Numbered from the stretch's first letter, positions 25,101-36,628 are shown. The stretch is 64,000 nt of DNA from Zancudomyces culisetae HAW-14-8 (GCA_052426225.1 JBNJNM010000008.1:1054001-1118000), one strand, 5' to 3'. Numbers and translations: made by a program. The notes: generated from the letters alone by a model not told the origin.

Positions 25101-28098
25101 GTTTACTCTGCGAGAAATTATTCGAGAAAGCGACAAGTATTCACGAGTAACAGTGCTGGAATATCTAAAGGCGCTGCATGCAGACGAATGGAACAACTTT
25201 GTGAAGGATACCAAACTGTTAGCAGAGGAACATACACCGCATGAAGGAGGAGATACGCCAGTAGGCAGCAAAGGATTTGAAGAAAAGAGCGATTCGAAGA
25301 ATAAGGCAGACGACTTGCCATTCTATTCAGTTGGATTCAAAAGCTCATCACCCGAGTTTACGCTTCGAACCAGAATTTGGGCATCGCTTCGATCACAGAC
25401 ATTGTATCGAACAGTTTCAGGATTTATGAATTATGCCAAGGCCATTAAATTGCTATACCGAGTTGAGAATCCGGAAATGGTATATCTGTTGGGAGGCAAT
25501 GGTAGCCAAAAGCTAGAAGGCGAATTGGATCATATGGCCAACCGCAAGTTTAGGTTTGTAGTAGCAATGCAAAGATATTTCCGATTCAACAAGGAGGAAT
25601 TGGAAAGTGTAGAGTTCCTTTTGCATACTTACCCATCGCTGAAGATAGTATTTATTGATGAAGATACAGATCCTGAAACGGGCGAAACTAGATATTATTC
25701 AGCACTTATTGACGGTACTTCTGAGATTGTGGACGGAAAACGCAAACCTATTTACCGAGTAGAAATGCCTGGCTATCCAATTCTGGGTGATGGTAAATCT
25801 GACAATCAAAACCATGCTGTTATCTTTACCCGTGGAGAGTACGTCCAAATGATTGATGCCAATCAGGACAACTATCTTGAAGAGTGTCTTAAAATCAGAA
25901 ACGTTCTTGGCGAGTTTGAAGAATTTGATCCTCCTGAAGTCTCTCCTTATTCCCCCAATGCCACTCCTCAAATTCCTCCTGTTGCTATAGTCGGAGCAAG
26001 AGAATACATTTTCAGTGAGAGTGTTGGTGTGTTGGGAGATGTCGCTGCTGGAAAAGAAGCTACTTTTGGTACTCTGACTCAACGTATGATGGCCAAGGTC
26101 GGTGGTCGTCTCCATTATGGCCATCCTGATTTCATCAATTTCACGTTCATGTCAACTCGTGGCGGTTTCTCCAAGGCGCAAAAGGGACTGCACCTCAACG
26201 AAGATATATATGCTGGAATGAATGCCTTCAGTCGTGGCGGTCGTATCAAACATACCGAATACTTCCAATGTGGAAAGGGAAGAGATTTGGGTTTCTGTTC
26301 GACTCTTAACTTTATCACCAAAATCGGAACTGGTATGGGCGAACAAATGCTGTCACGTGAATACTACTGGCTCAGTTGTTTCCTACCACTGGATAGATTC
26401 CTTACGTTCTACTATGCTCATCCTGGTTTCCACGTCAACAATCTTATCATTATGGCTTCTGTTCAACTCTTTATGATTTCTGCTATGTTTGTAGCCAGCA
26501 TGTCCATCACTGTCAATGTGTGTCCTCCTGTTGAAATGAGCAACCCCAACTATCCTTACATCATTATTCCTCAAAAATGTCTCATGTTGCAACCCATCAA
26601 CAACTGGATTACTCGAACCACTCTGGCCATTCTGATCGTCTTGTTGATTGCCTTCTTGCCTCTTTTCCTACACATGTTGACTGAACAAGGTTTTATTCGT
26701 GCTATTACTCGTCTAGGCAAACAGCTAATCAGTCTTTCTCCTATGTACGAAGTCGAAGTCACCCAAATCTATGCCTATTCTATTGGAAACAATCTTTCCT
26801 TTGGTGGTGCTCGTTATATTGGAACCGGTCGTGGCTTTGCTACTTCTCGTCTATCCTTTGCCACCCTATACACTCGCTTTGCCGATGCCTCTATCTATTT
26901 TGGTGCTGGCTTGATGTTGATTCTGATCTTTATTACTGCCAGTATGTGGAAATGGTCCATGTTATACTTTTGGTTCAGTATTGCTGCTCTGATTGTTTCT
27001 CCTTTCCTCTTTAATCCTCACATGTTTGTTCGAACCGACTTTATTCTCGATTATAAAGACTGGCTGTCTTGGTTTGGTGAAGGCAACTCTTCCTCCAACC
27101 CTTACTCTTGGATCTCTCATGTGCGAATGAACCGTATTCGTGTCACTGGTTATAAACGCAAGCGCCTCGCTGAACGAATTCCTTCTGCTGGAAATGTTTC
27201 TCGTGCCAAATTCTTTACCATTTTGGTTTCCGAAATCATTTCTCCCATCATTCTTGCTCTGATTTCTGTCATTGCCTTTGCCTATACCCATTCCCGTTGG
27301 GGTGTTGCTCCTGATCCTACCAACGACACCAAGGTTCCTGACAACCGTTCTTCCATTGCCATGATTGTAATTCTTTCCTTCATTCCTATTCTCGTCAACG
27401 CTGTTGTTTCCATTGCTCTCTTTGCCGTCTCTTTCTTTGTCGGCCCCATGATGTCTATGTGTCTACCTGGTTATGGCCGTGTAATGGCTGCTATTTCTCA
27501 TGTTGCTTCTGTCGTAGTTCACGTTGTCGTCTTTTTCTTGTTGTGTGTTGCCGAGAAATTCGATCTCTCCCGTGCTGCTCTAGGTGTTGTTACCATTGCC
27601 TTTGTTCAACGCGCCATCTTCTCTGTTCTTATTTCTCTATTGCTGACTCGTGAATTTGGTGATGATGAAGCTAACATTGCTTGGTGGACTGGCAAATGGT
27701 ACGACAAGGGTATGGGTATTTGGATTCCTACTTTGATTCTGCGTGAATGGCTCTGTAAAATCTCTGAGGCTTCCATTTTCGTTGCCGATGCTCTGATTGG
27801 TCAAATCATCTTTATCTTTTTCTTTATCATCACTTTCCTTCCGTTTGCGGACAAGTGGCATTCAGCCATACTATTTTGGCTGTCTCCGAGCAAGCAGATC
27901 CGGCCTCCAATATATTCCATAAAGCAGCGTAAGCAGAGGCGGAGAACGGCGTTTGTATATGGAATAATACTGACTGTTTTGTTGGCTGTCTTTATTGTGG
28001 TGGTTGTTGGAATCAATGTGTTCAAGTCGACGTTGGTGAAAATAGCTACAAATAAGTCTATACTGTCGTTGGTTGACAAGTTGTTTCTTAAATTCTAA
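22144..28098 (+). CDS. FKS1: 1,3-beta-D-glucan synthase catalytic subunit (GT48)
   Basis: 1984 aa, intronless. Motifs LDSRASRM, WGEA, EAERRISFFAQSL, RTRIWASLRSQTLYRTVSG, GDGKSDNQNH, YGHPDF, LNEDIYAG, CGKGRDLG; many TM helices. Confidence 0.98.
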   Translation: MEYYGGDQGDKGEDKYYGNGGAEYTADNYEYDEIDPYLNIEYQNYDTQNYDRQNYADQYEPYGNQYGGDEMYDEQDYEGQDPYGAPYGEYGGEGYARDYSYNGGGYQGNQGPIMTVGGGEGSGGKRRRGANRRRSIGYSDHDSASDGGYSIRSSLVKTPASQASGQDVDIFGAYRTKTADAGRYGDYAPSTDSLLHMLEAKKRFKPTGSVGSFLRNESWVSNPKQGEADFGKGEFLFNDAPYPSWSDPNQIPLSKEEIEDIFKDLAFRLGFQQDNMKNMYDMMMVLLDSRASRMSPGMALLTLHADYIGGDHANYRRWYFSAQLDKDTPAVREETSRKKKREVDELEANGQEDDTIKEFEENWRAKMSALSQYEKARQIALWFLLWGEAGNLRFCSELLCFIFKMAEDYYKSVACQQKTEAEPENWYLRNIVKPVYDFVRDEGYVIIKGKMLRRERDHIDIIGYDDLNETFWMPKGLYKLKTMEEKQVFMDIAPEDRWLRFKDINFKKSISKTYKERRTIAHILTNFSRVWIMHVVVYLYYIMYASNFLYDVSFELRDSGNPNVVLNGQVVKLPDVTPRMLTLVAAMGAFAPLISILGTLFEITFVEKSRLHLKILFSRIGLLIGFFILDLAPVYFCLKFGYDPRFEEKKYSSWVTEISDGYDPEAGGNTFVFPFEAVDEGSVKSSALRNFKIVKAVSIVQLIYSIAITVYLAIIIPGKFMVRNVKGRGERGLINQTFTANFPPLPRSARSISVALWLIIFGCKYLESYFFLALSFKDTFRWLYFYQPLDCNERFLGNMLCSYQNYITLFFMLLLDLFLFFLDTYLWYVVWNTLFSVFISFHSGISILTPWKNIFSRLPKRIYTKVLATSGMEIKYKPKVLCSQVWNAIIISMYREHLLSIEHVQKLLYQQVPSDESGKRSLKQPSFFVSQDDSNTAQEYYPPHSEAERRISFFAQSLSTVVPEAIPVENMPTFTVLTPHYGEKILFTLREIIRESDKYSRVTVLEYLKALHADEWNNFVKDTKLLAEEHTPHEGGDTPVGSKGFEEKSDSKNKADDLPFYSVGFKSSSPEFTLRTRIWASLRSQTLYRTVSGFMNYAKAIKLLYRVENPEMVYLLGGNGSQKLEGELDHMANRKFRFVVAMQRYFRFNKEELESVEFLLHTYPSLKIVFIDEDTDPETGETRYYSALIDGTSEIVDGKRKPIYRVEMPGYPILGDGKSDNQNHAVIFTRGEYVQMIDANQDNYLEECLKIRNVLGEFEEFDPPEVSPYSPNATPQIPPVAIVGAREYIFSESVGVLGDVAAGKEATFGTLTQRMMAKVGGRLHYGHPDFINFTFMSTRGGFSKAQKGLHLNEDIYAGMNAFSRGGRIKHTEYFQCGKGRDLGFCSTLNFITKIGTGMGEQMLSREYYWLSCFLPLDRFLTFYYAHPGFHVNNLIIMASVQLFMISAMFVASMSITVNVCPPVEMSNPNYPYIIIPQKCLMLQPINNWITRTTLAILIVLLIAFLPLFLHMLTEQGFIRAITRLGKQLISLSPMYEVEVTQIYAYSIGNNLSFGGARYIGTGRGFATSRLSFATLYTRFADASIYFGAGLMLILIFITASMWKWSMLYFWFSIAALIVSPFLFNPHMFVRTDFILDYKDWLSWFGEGNSSSNPYSWISHVRMNRIRVTGYKRKRLAERIPSAGNVSRAKFFTILVSEIISPIILALISVIAFAYTHSRWGVAPDPTNDTKVPDNRSSIAMIVILSFIPILVNAVVSIALFAVSFFVGPMMSMCLPGYGRVMAAISHVASVVVHVVVFFLLCVAEKFDLSRAALGVVTIAFVQRAIFSVLISLLLTREFGDDEANIAWWTGKWYDKGMGIWIPTLILREWLCKISEASIFVADALIGQIIFIFFFIITFLPFADKWHSAILFWLSPSKQIRPPIYSIKQRKQRRRTAFVYGIILTVLLAVFIVVVVGINVFKSTLVKIATNKSILSLVDKLFLKF

Positions 28099-28423
28099 TT
28101 GATTGATTTGACTCTTATTTATCTTTGTTTAATACATTATATTATTATTATTATTATTATAACATGGTCTTATAACCAAGAGACAATAAAAAGAAAACTT
28201 TTTGTTTATAAAGTAGAGTTTCTAAATAACAAGAAAGGCATATATTACTAAAACTTGCGGGTTAAATGCAGAATTGGTTTCGAGTTGAGAAAAAACAAAT
28301 ATGCGACGGGTAAATAATATCAAAATAGTATTTTTTTTTTTAACCAGACAAACTAGGGAAGGTATAGATAATGAGCAGAAAAGTGGCTATAACAGAATTG
28401 TATAAACAAATATGCAATAAATA

Positions 28424-28471
<48 letters not shown>
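28424..28471 (+). repeat. (AAAACG)8 microsatellite
   Basis: Seen directly. Confidence 0.95.
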
Positions 28472-28475
<4 letters not shown>

Positions 28476-28710
28476 AAATGGAAATAAAAAAAAGAGTTGT
28501 GAAGCCAACCTTTTATCCCAGTTTCCTTTTTCTCATATCTTTTTATTATAAAAGATATTTATAAAATATACAGTACAATATAATAAAGTATTAACTATAT
28601 CAACGGTAAAATTGATTTTGATTATAAAAGTAAGATACACTTGATGTTATATTTAGTTTCTTGGGCATCGATCAACTTTTGTGGTATATACTAAAAAAAA
28701 AAGAAAAAAA

Positions 28711-29100
28711 ATGGTAGCAAGTATCAAGTGGGTAGTGGGATTATTGAGATTGGGGTTGGGGTTGGGGTTGGGAATTATGTATTTAGTACAGTCAAAAGTT
28801 GATATTTGTTTGGATCGAACATACAAGTCTCCAGAAAACCATAAGATTTCTATAAACGTGAATGGCATTGCATCAGGAATAGTTTGTAAGCCATACCCAA
28901 ATGCTGCAGGGACAGTTACTTCAGAATCTGGAGCACAAACTGTTGAAGGAGGGGTTAGTGTATGGGCTCAATGTGCAAGTACGGGGAATAATGAAGCTGG
29001 GGGGTATATAACAAGCAAAATTAGGTGTGCTAGTGTACCTGATGGTAGTGTGGAGTGCAACTTGCTTGATTTGCCAAGAGAAGATGTCTTGACTAGTTAA
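28711..29100 (+). CDS. Small secreted cysteine-containing protein (129 aa), unknown function
   Basis: ATG after an A-run, hydrophobic N-terminus (MVASIKWVVGLLRLGLGLGLGIMYLVQS), 5 Cys, more GC-rich than the flanks. Confidence 0.65.
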   Translation: MVASIKWVVGLLRLGLGLGLGIMYLVQSKVDICLDRTYKSPENHKISINVNGIASGIVCKPYPNAAGTVTSESGAQTVEGGVSVWAQCASTGNNEAGGYITSKIRCASVPDGSVECNLLDLPREDVLTS

Positions 29101-30279
29101 CATACTTTTTGGCTAAATACGGATTATATCTCTTATCTTTAAGGATAGTTTTATCTGGTTCATAGATGATTAGTAAAACGAAAAAAAATAAAAATGGTTA
29201 ATCGGGTTCTTGTTAGTTTTATACTCTTGAAAATAAATCTGATCAATGGACTGGTGCATTCTATTGAACAAGTAGGAAATGGATTGGAGCGATGAGTTTA
29301 GGATATTCTTACAAGTATTAATATTTTTGGTAATAATAATAAAAAATAAAAAAATAAAAAAGGATATCGTAATGATAATTACGTTGTGTAGTTTTATTAC
29401 ACTTTCTCAATTTACAACTATAGATAAAAATACTCTAAAATTATAATTGATACTATCTGTATATAAAAAAAAGATACATCAGTGTTACCATTCAAGATAT
29501 TTTCATGGTGGAATACTAGTCTACACAAAAAAAACAAGCTTAATGTTAAAAAATATACTATTTAATATTTCTTCAGTAACTACGAAATACATAAAATGGT
29601 TGTAGTATCAATTTTTGAGAGCAGTTATATACCAAGAGTAAAAATATGTTTACTCTTTCCCAAACCCTTTTTTTTTAGAGACTTTATGACTCTCGAGGTG
29701 TTTTATTTTTTTATTTTTTTATTTTTTTATTATTATATTATATTTATTGAGTTTGGTCAAAAAAAAAATGTCCACTTTTAATTGATGCAAATTACTCGCA
29801 AATAATCTACAATAATAAAATAATTTTATTATAAAAAGTTGAAAATAAAGATTGGAACAACCTAATTACGTTTTATTATTTTTTGGAAATTAGATTAGAT
29901 TTGACTTTGATTTTGGTTGAAATTACAAACATACACACTATCATCCAATATCTCTGATTGTATGTAAAAAAAAAAGAAAAGAGAGAGAGGTGGTATATAA
30001 ACTAAAATTCATCAATTGCTAGTGGTTTCATCATCAAGTTTTTTATTTTCCTTTCTGATATTTGATCAATATACAAGTAAGTAAGTAAGTAAGTAATTAA
30101 GAAAAGTAGAGATGGATTTTATTCGTGACCATTTTAGCAAATACTATATAACATGAACAATATTATTCGCCGTTATTTCTTTTCTTTTGTTTCTTTCTTT
30201 CTTTAAAATATAGAATTATACTTATTCCTGGCTAAACTTTAATAATCCACAAATTACACGACCCAAAAGTACAGTAAAA

Positions 30280-30976
30280 ATGAAAGTGAACAAAAACTCA
30301 CTTCTCAAACATATACTAGCAGCTCTATCGCTTGGGGAGTATTTCTATTGTACATTCCACCTCAGTTGATAATATAGACTCAAATGTGGGTCATTCCACA
30401 AAAAGGGAGCGAGTAACCTTATTAAAAATGCGAGAATCATTGGTGAGCAACCAACAGATGAGGAAGAATTTCCATATATTGGAGCCTTGATTGCGAGAGT
30501 AGGGACGCCTAGTTCCGGAGGCTGCAGTGTTTCGCTACTATCTAATAAAAACAGCAATAACTGCAGCTAGCTGCTTCTTAACCGATAAATGTGAATTAAT
30601 TCAAGAGAATGCAAACCTCTTAACCTACATATACAACGGAGTAAATCTGCTTGTCAGTATCGCGAGTAATACGATTAAATCTAAGAGTGGTGCATCTATT
30701 CGTCCAGAAAGTGCTCAAACGAACTATTATACCCATGTATACAACTACATTGACTGGATTGTAGAAGTCACAGGGCTTGAAAAATTGTACCTAGCAGATA
30801 CAACTGCACGACCCCTTTCTGATCTCTCAACGATTACTAATGCAAATACGATTACAAATACTGATAAAAATACTGACAGAGATAACAGCGCTTCCACTTC
30901 TGGTTTGACTATTTTCCAAAATACTGGATTTACATTAATGATGCTTCTATCATCGATATTCGCATTGATATTTTAG
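30280..30976 (+). pseudogene. Trypsin-like (S1A) serine protease homologue, GPI-type tail; frameshifted and internally deleted
   Basis: Signal peptide, then R|IIGEQPTDEEEFPYIGAL, GCSVSLLS, ITAASC (His to Ser), YYTHVYNYIDWI, a Thr/Asn stalk and a hydrophobic C-terminus. The Asp and GDSGGP regions are missing. Two frameshifts. Confidence 0.75.
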
Positions 30977-31752
30977 AGCTTTAATTGTTTTTTTTTTGAC
31001 TTGTGTATTGATCTTTGATTATATTTTTTCTAAAAATGTGTATATAACGTGATACTTGTGACCGATGAATAGGGATATCTGTAGTTTATGTGCTAATAAC
31101 AACTATAAAAAAAGATGAATTAGTTTTTGCACTTTAATAAAATACTTTTTATCTCACTATATTGAAATACGTTGAACAGGAAAAGAGTAAGAAAAGTATG
31201 GTTGGAATGGGTGACAGTTAATAAAGTGTAAAACCAATAATAATATTTGAGATTAAAAAAAGCTATGATAATGGCTATGCTTCTGGTTTGAACAACATAT
31301 ACACGGCCTATGTAGATCAATCCACCACTTGCTTCGTTTAAATAAAATATCTTTTTCATTAATCAAAATAAGTGGGGTATGGAGTCCCTAGAGGAACGGA
31401 AAAGAATTGGATATATTGGTATCATGTAGAATTATTATTATTGTAGTTTTTGAGGTATTTTTAAATATATTAATTAAAAAAAAAGGGTCGAACAACAAAA
31501 CGGGAATGGCTCGTTAGACATAGTAATACAATAAACCTTGTTGGTAAATCTGGAGTTTAACATTGCTATATAATAAACCTTAATACCTTTCTATGATAGA
31601 AACAAAAAAACAACATTAAGAAAATCGTTTTGTGGAATTGTGAATCTAGTGAACTGCTAAATATTAAAATATACCAAACATAAAACAACCCTAGTTTAAA
31701 GCCACTGGGTATGTTGCATTGATGATGCGTACTAAAATTACAGGGGTTTTCT

Positions 31753-32016
31753 TTATTTTTTGTCTTCGTAAATGGCTTGGTCGTACGATGGTGGTGCCTG
31801 CAAGCAATACGCGTTGTGTGAGTTCATAATAGACTTTTTCAAACCTCTCCAAACAAAATCATTTCGATCAAATGGTGGGCTATCAAGTAGGTGTATTTGG
31901 CACCCATCTTTTCCGCATCGTCTGTCCTTGTAGTCGTCGTAGTTATATGGGTCTACAATTTTGCGATTAAATCCCTGTTTTCCATTAAGTAATCTAGTAT
32001 ATTGAAAGTTATCCAT
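31753..32016 (-). CDS. Hypothetical 87-aa protein with C-terminal PPxY motif
   Basis: AAAAATG start, hydrophilic coding-like composition, APPSYDQA motif. Confidence 0.5.
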   Translation of the reverse strand: MDNFQYTRLLNGKQGFNRKIVDPYNYDDYKDRRCGKDGCQIHLLDSPPFDRNDFVWRGLKKSIMNSHNAYCLQAPPSYDQAIYEDKK

Positions 32017-33197
32017 TTTTTAAGTATATAATGTGGGTGTAATTGTGCTAATTAAAATATTCAAGGTTTTATTTTTAATCTAAAGAATACTAAGACTTTT
32101 GTCTATATATGTTACTTTAATTTTTTAGGTTTGGAAAAAACGCGAATATATACGTATTTTTACAAAAGTGTGTGGCGAGTCTCTCTAGTTGCAAAAAAGT
32201 AATTCCAGTGTGATCGCTATTTATGTGCCAGCTGATAACGTGTTTCATAATTCTCCAAATGCCGACACTAATATTAACCTGTTGGGTAAAAAGCCAAGAG
32301 AATACAAAGACATTAGAAAAGGGTAAACGAACCCCTGTGAATGAATTATTTAGAAATTCACACATACTGGCCCATCCGTTAAATAGTGCCCGACTCCTAC
32401 ATTCTTTACATTTTACTTTTACATTTAATCTTTAATTTATTGGCTCCTATATAACTATGCCTTGTTATTACTAGCAAACCAAGTCACGCATACAATTATT
32501 AATCTTATTTCTCTTGAATTTTTAGATAATCACCTATTAATCTTGGTATCAAATAGTGGATTGAAACAAAATCAAGGGGTTTTTATCTTTAATAATCATG
32601 CAATCTCGTGATGTAATGAAAAAAGATTGTGCAATGAGAGAGCTCAAAAAATCAAACAGATAGTTTTCCATCTCTTTGCATTCACACATTATGTTTTCTT
32701 TTACTATTTAGCTAATGTTTTATTCTAACCAATCAACCCTGTTAATTTTATACCAATAATTTTGTGGCGTACTTTGAAATAACGAACCATATACGCTCAC
32801 ATTCCACTTATTTATGCATTTTACAATGATTATTGATTTCCATAAATCCAACAAACTGGGTATTAATATTCAAATATAACACTAGTATAGGAAATTCTAA
32901 ATATATCTAAACAACCAGCTCCTCTTTTCGTAATGGGCAAATTAATTAGTCTCTGTGACTCCTTTCCAGAGAGTCTACCCAAAAAACATGTCTCTATTTT
33001 CATTCCCATCTCTATTTCTCACTCTCCAATCTCTAGCCTTCCTAACTTAATTATTCTTGGATTGTGTAATTCCAGATAGAAATTTTGAGGTGAGAGCTAA
33101 TACTATCAGTCGAAAAGTGTATGATTAATTGTATCCGTAATTTTGAAAAAAAACATTTACTATTCTACAGTCATAGTAATTAATTCAGACAATTGCC

Positions 33198-34510
33198 TCA
33201 ATAAATGGAGTGTTGTCGAAATTCCATCCGTCTCTTTTCAACCACTACCATCGTATTACATTGGCAGAACCTAATCAAGTCATGATCATTTGTGTCTTTT
33301 GCAATCTCCATGATAGATTCGGTATATGAACTCACATTAGCGCCGTACTTTATCAACAGTTTAATCATTTCTGCATTTCTGTGGCGACATGCCTCCTTGA
33401 TTCCAAAATCCCTGTTTAGAATCAAATTAGGATTTTTTTCAAACAATAGTTTTAATATTTCGAGATTATTATTCTTACAGGCTTGTATGACCCCACTGTG
33501 AAACCCCTTTTGTATATTTGCTCCATTTTCAAGTAAAATCCTCAACATTTCTATATTGTTGTTTTTAATAGTTTTGATCACTCCGTTGGTAAATTTATCC
33601 TTTACATCCACCCCCTTTTCAAATACCAGTTTTAACATTTCCACATTATTCGATCTACAGGCGTAGTATAAGAAACCAAATATTCTATTTTTAAATGTAG
33701 TGGTATCTTTTAAGATTAATCTAACCACCTCTATCCTGTTTTTATCAATAGCAGATTGAAGTAAGTATGAGGCACCACGAACACCTGGTCAACAAGTTAA
33801 CAGTAACTTTAATGTTTCGTTGTCATCTAAATTAACATACTTTAAATATTTTGAATACCAGTATATTTTTGCGCCATGTAGTAATAGTAACCTGATAATT
33901 TCAGCGTTCTTTTCTTTAAGTGCAATTTCCAGCACATATGTATCACCATTAACACATGACCTGTTTTCCAATAATACTTTCACCACCTCAACTTTCCCTG
34001 CCTCTATGGCTGCACCCAGTATTTTAAAATCTCTATCAAGGTCAAACTTGTAAGTAAGTAGTAGTTTCAGTAATTTGATGTTTGATACCGCAATCGACGC
34101 CTTTATCCCATCCAATAAATCGATGTTTTGGATGAGTTTACCTTTTTCAAGTAAAGCATTAGTGATCTTGCGTTTCTCAAAGAGACCAATATTTTTATAA
34201 CTCAAAAATGAATCAATTTGCAATTCTTCCCCCTTCGTATCTGTATTTTCCTTTCTTTCCAATATCCCCAAATCTTATACTACTCGAGAATCATCTTTAC
34301 TAACCCAATATCCTCAATCAACTTTGTAAATTCTAGTTGATAATGACGAACACCCTCAACTACAGTATTAAAGGTGCTCACTATTTGCAAAAAATAGTGT
34401 ATATTTTTGTTTAAGAATGATAGTTGAGGATTCTGGGCAAGCACAAATATGGTTGACAGGATACTTGATGGAAGTTTATTGAATGCATCGTCGTTATTGT
34501 CGTTATTCAT
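33198..34510 (-). pseudogene. F-box-like/ankyrin-repeat paralogue with ~740-codon internal deletion and nonsense codons
   Basis: N-terminus FNKLPSSILSTIFVLAQNPQLS is fused directly to VVEGVRHYQLE (about residue 790 of the intact paralogues). Stops near 34280 and 33789. Confidence 0.88.
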
Positions 34511-35018
34511 TCTGTCATAATTCGAGTTGTTCTTATTTTCTTTCCTTGGGGTTAAATAAGTTTGTAAGTCTTTAAGGTAAAGAAGAAAGATGAATAAACT
34601 CTAAAAGGTGGAATCGTGTTGTTTTTGTACCATCAACCAGAGTTTTTTTGATCTATTACCTAATTATTGAGTATTATTCAAGTTTTCATTCGCTTCCATC
34701 TAAAAAAATCAACAAAATCATTTGTTTTATTTTGCACATTAACATATCAAATAAATACAACATAAAACTATTGATAATTTAGATTATTGGGTATTTACAA
34801 TCGAGATTTACAGCAAACCAGAATGCTGGACTATTGTCAGTCCAATAATTTATTCACCTTTGTAGGTTTCAAGATGAATTTGCTAAATGAATCTAAAAAA
34901 CATCAAATTGACAACTCAAACTCGTTCCAGTTACTCTATCTTTCACCAAGACAAACAACCATTCCATCACTGTCATTTTCGTAGAGTTGTTCATTGAATG
35001 ATTTATAGTAGAGTTGTA

Positions 35019-35022
<4 letters not shown>

Positions 35023-35052
<30 letters not shown>
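35023..35052 (+). repeat. (TG)15 microsatellite
   Basis: Seen directly. Confidence 0.95.
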
Positions 35053-35054
<2 letters not shown>

Positions 35055-36127
35055 GGAAAAACGGTTTATACTTTGACTTGAATGTAACTAATACGTTCAC
35101 GATTTGAGTTAATCTTGTTGTGGTATTTTATTTCAAATAACTAATACTCATTTGAAAAGTAATTAAAAGTATAAAAGAGAATTCAAATACATTTCAATTG
35201 AACTGCCAAGAAATACTCCAGTTGATTACATATTTTAAAGTTATGTGTATTTTTTATCACCACCTAACTGAATACAAATCTAACTAAAAGATTACCAAAA
35301 AAAGTGACACATTTGAGAATAAGCAATCTGCCCGTCAATTTAATATCCGAAATATTTATATTCTTTACAAATCTCACGGAATAATTCGATAGTGTCGGAC
35401 GCGATCGAGAGATCACGTTCGTTGGTTGGGTTTCTTACTGAAAGAAACTCCTAACTAATAACTTCTTCTAGACAATGAAATGGATCATCTGGTCATGTTA
35501 GTTTTATTTCCATAGAAGAGACACCTGAACAATCATTGTCAGAATACTAACGCTCATCCTCTTTGAACTGCTGGATGATGGCAGAGCGGAGCTGCTTTAT
35601 AAGACCTGATATGAAATTTTAATAATTTCAAACGTTTATAACCTAAATACTTTGAATACTAGCCGAAGCACGGGTATTATTAATTTATGTTTTAACTAAG
35701 TAAACTTAATTCAACAATTTCTTCTTGTTCAATTGTCTTTATTTGCATGTTACTGTATATTCCAAAACTACTAAAAGAGCAAAAGATACTCCTAATGAGT
35801 TGTCTTTTGCTTTTAAATACTTCAATTGCTACTGTTAAAATTACTATAAACTTATCCTATTAATTCTTATTATATCCTTTATTGTTTCATACTCTGCCTT
35901 GTCGTCATCCTCGTGGTCTGCCACATTTTCCACAGTTGATTAAATACTTTTTAAATTAATTAAATACACTAATACTAATAAACTCTGTTTTTGTTATTCC
36001 TTTTTGTAATTTTTTTGGCTTTTTTATCTGAATTTTTCTTCGTTTTGTGATCAGAAATTTAATTCATATTTTTTTGTTTGTTAATAAATAAAATAAATTT
36101 AAATGGATTCTCAAGTGTTGTGATTAT

Positions 36128-36628
36128 TTAAATCTGAGAACTCGAAACACTAAAACTAGCATTGGTATGAGGGCCAGGGCAGACAATAAAATGTGTATAA
36201 ATGTTTGCCCAATCAATTTTATCATTCTTGTCATACTTAAGCTGAAGTTCTAGAAGCCTCAGTTTGGTTTCGTTATTCTGTTGTAGAGTAATTTGGTGTT
36301 TTTCTAGCTCTAGCTTTGACTTTGCCTTTTCTAGCTCTAGCTTTGCCTTTGCCTTTTCTAGCCCTAGCTTTACCTTTTCTTTATGTATTTCAAAATGTAA
36401 TATTGAATATCTAAATATAATTTCCTTAATCAGCCAAATGGGAATTAATATCAACGAAGCAACCTCTACCCTGTCAATGTGTTTAAAAATAAGAGTTTCC
36501 ATAATAAAACCTAGTAAAAGACCAGCTACAATGATTGACTCCGACTTTAAGAATATTATTAAAGTAGTCTTTGCTAACCTCTTTATTGTAATTGACGATG
36601 ATCTTTTTATACTTGAAGTGGTTGCCAT
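36128..36628 (-). CDS. Orphan membrane protein with C-terminal coiled coil (paralogue A)
   Basis: MATTSSIKRSSS.., hydrophobic segments, then EKAKAKLEL repeats. Homologous to 40993-41469. Confidence 0.7.
   Translation of the reverse strand: MATTSSIKRSSSITIKRLAKTTLIIFLKSESIIVAGLLLGFIMETLIFKHIDRVEVASLILIPIWLIKEIIFRYSILHFEIHKEKVKLGLEKAKAKLELEKAKSKLELEKHQITLQQNNETKLRLLELQLKYDKNDKIDWANIYTHFIVCPGPHTNASFSVSSSQI

Noticed and set aside
21943-28079. Numerous antisense ORFs over FKS1
   Set aside because: Shadow ORFs of a long, biased coding strand with no recognisable motifs.
35650-35685. GCCGAAGCACGGG as a Helitron terminal hairpin
   Set aside because: Weak stem, no downstream CTRR, and no supporting 5' end.
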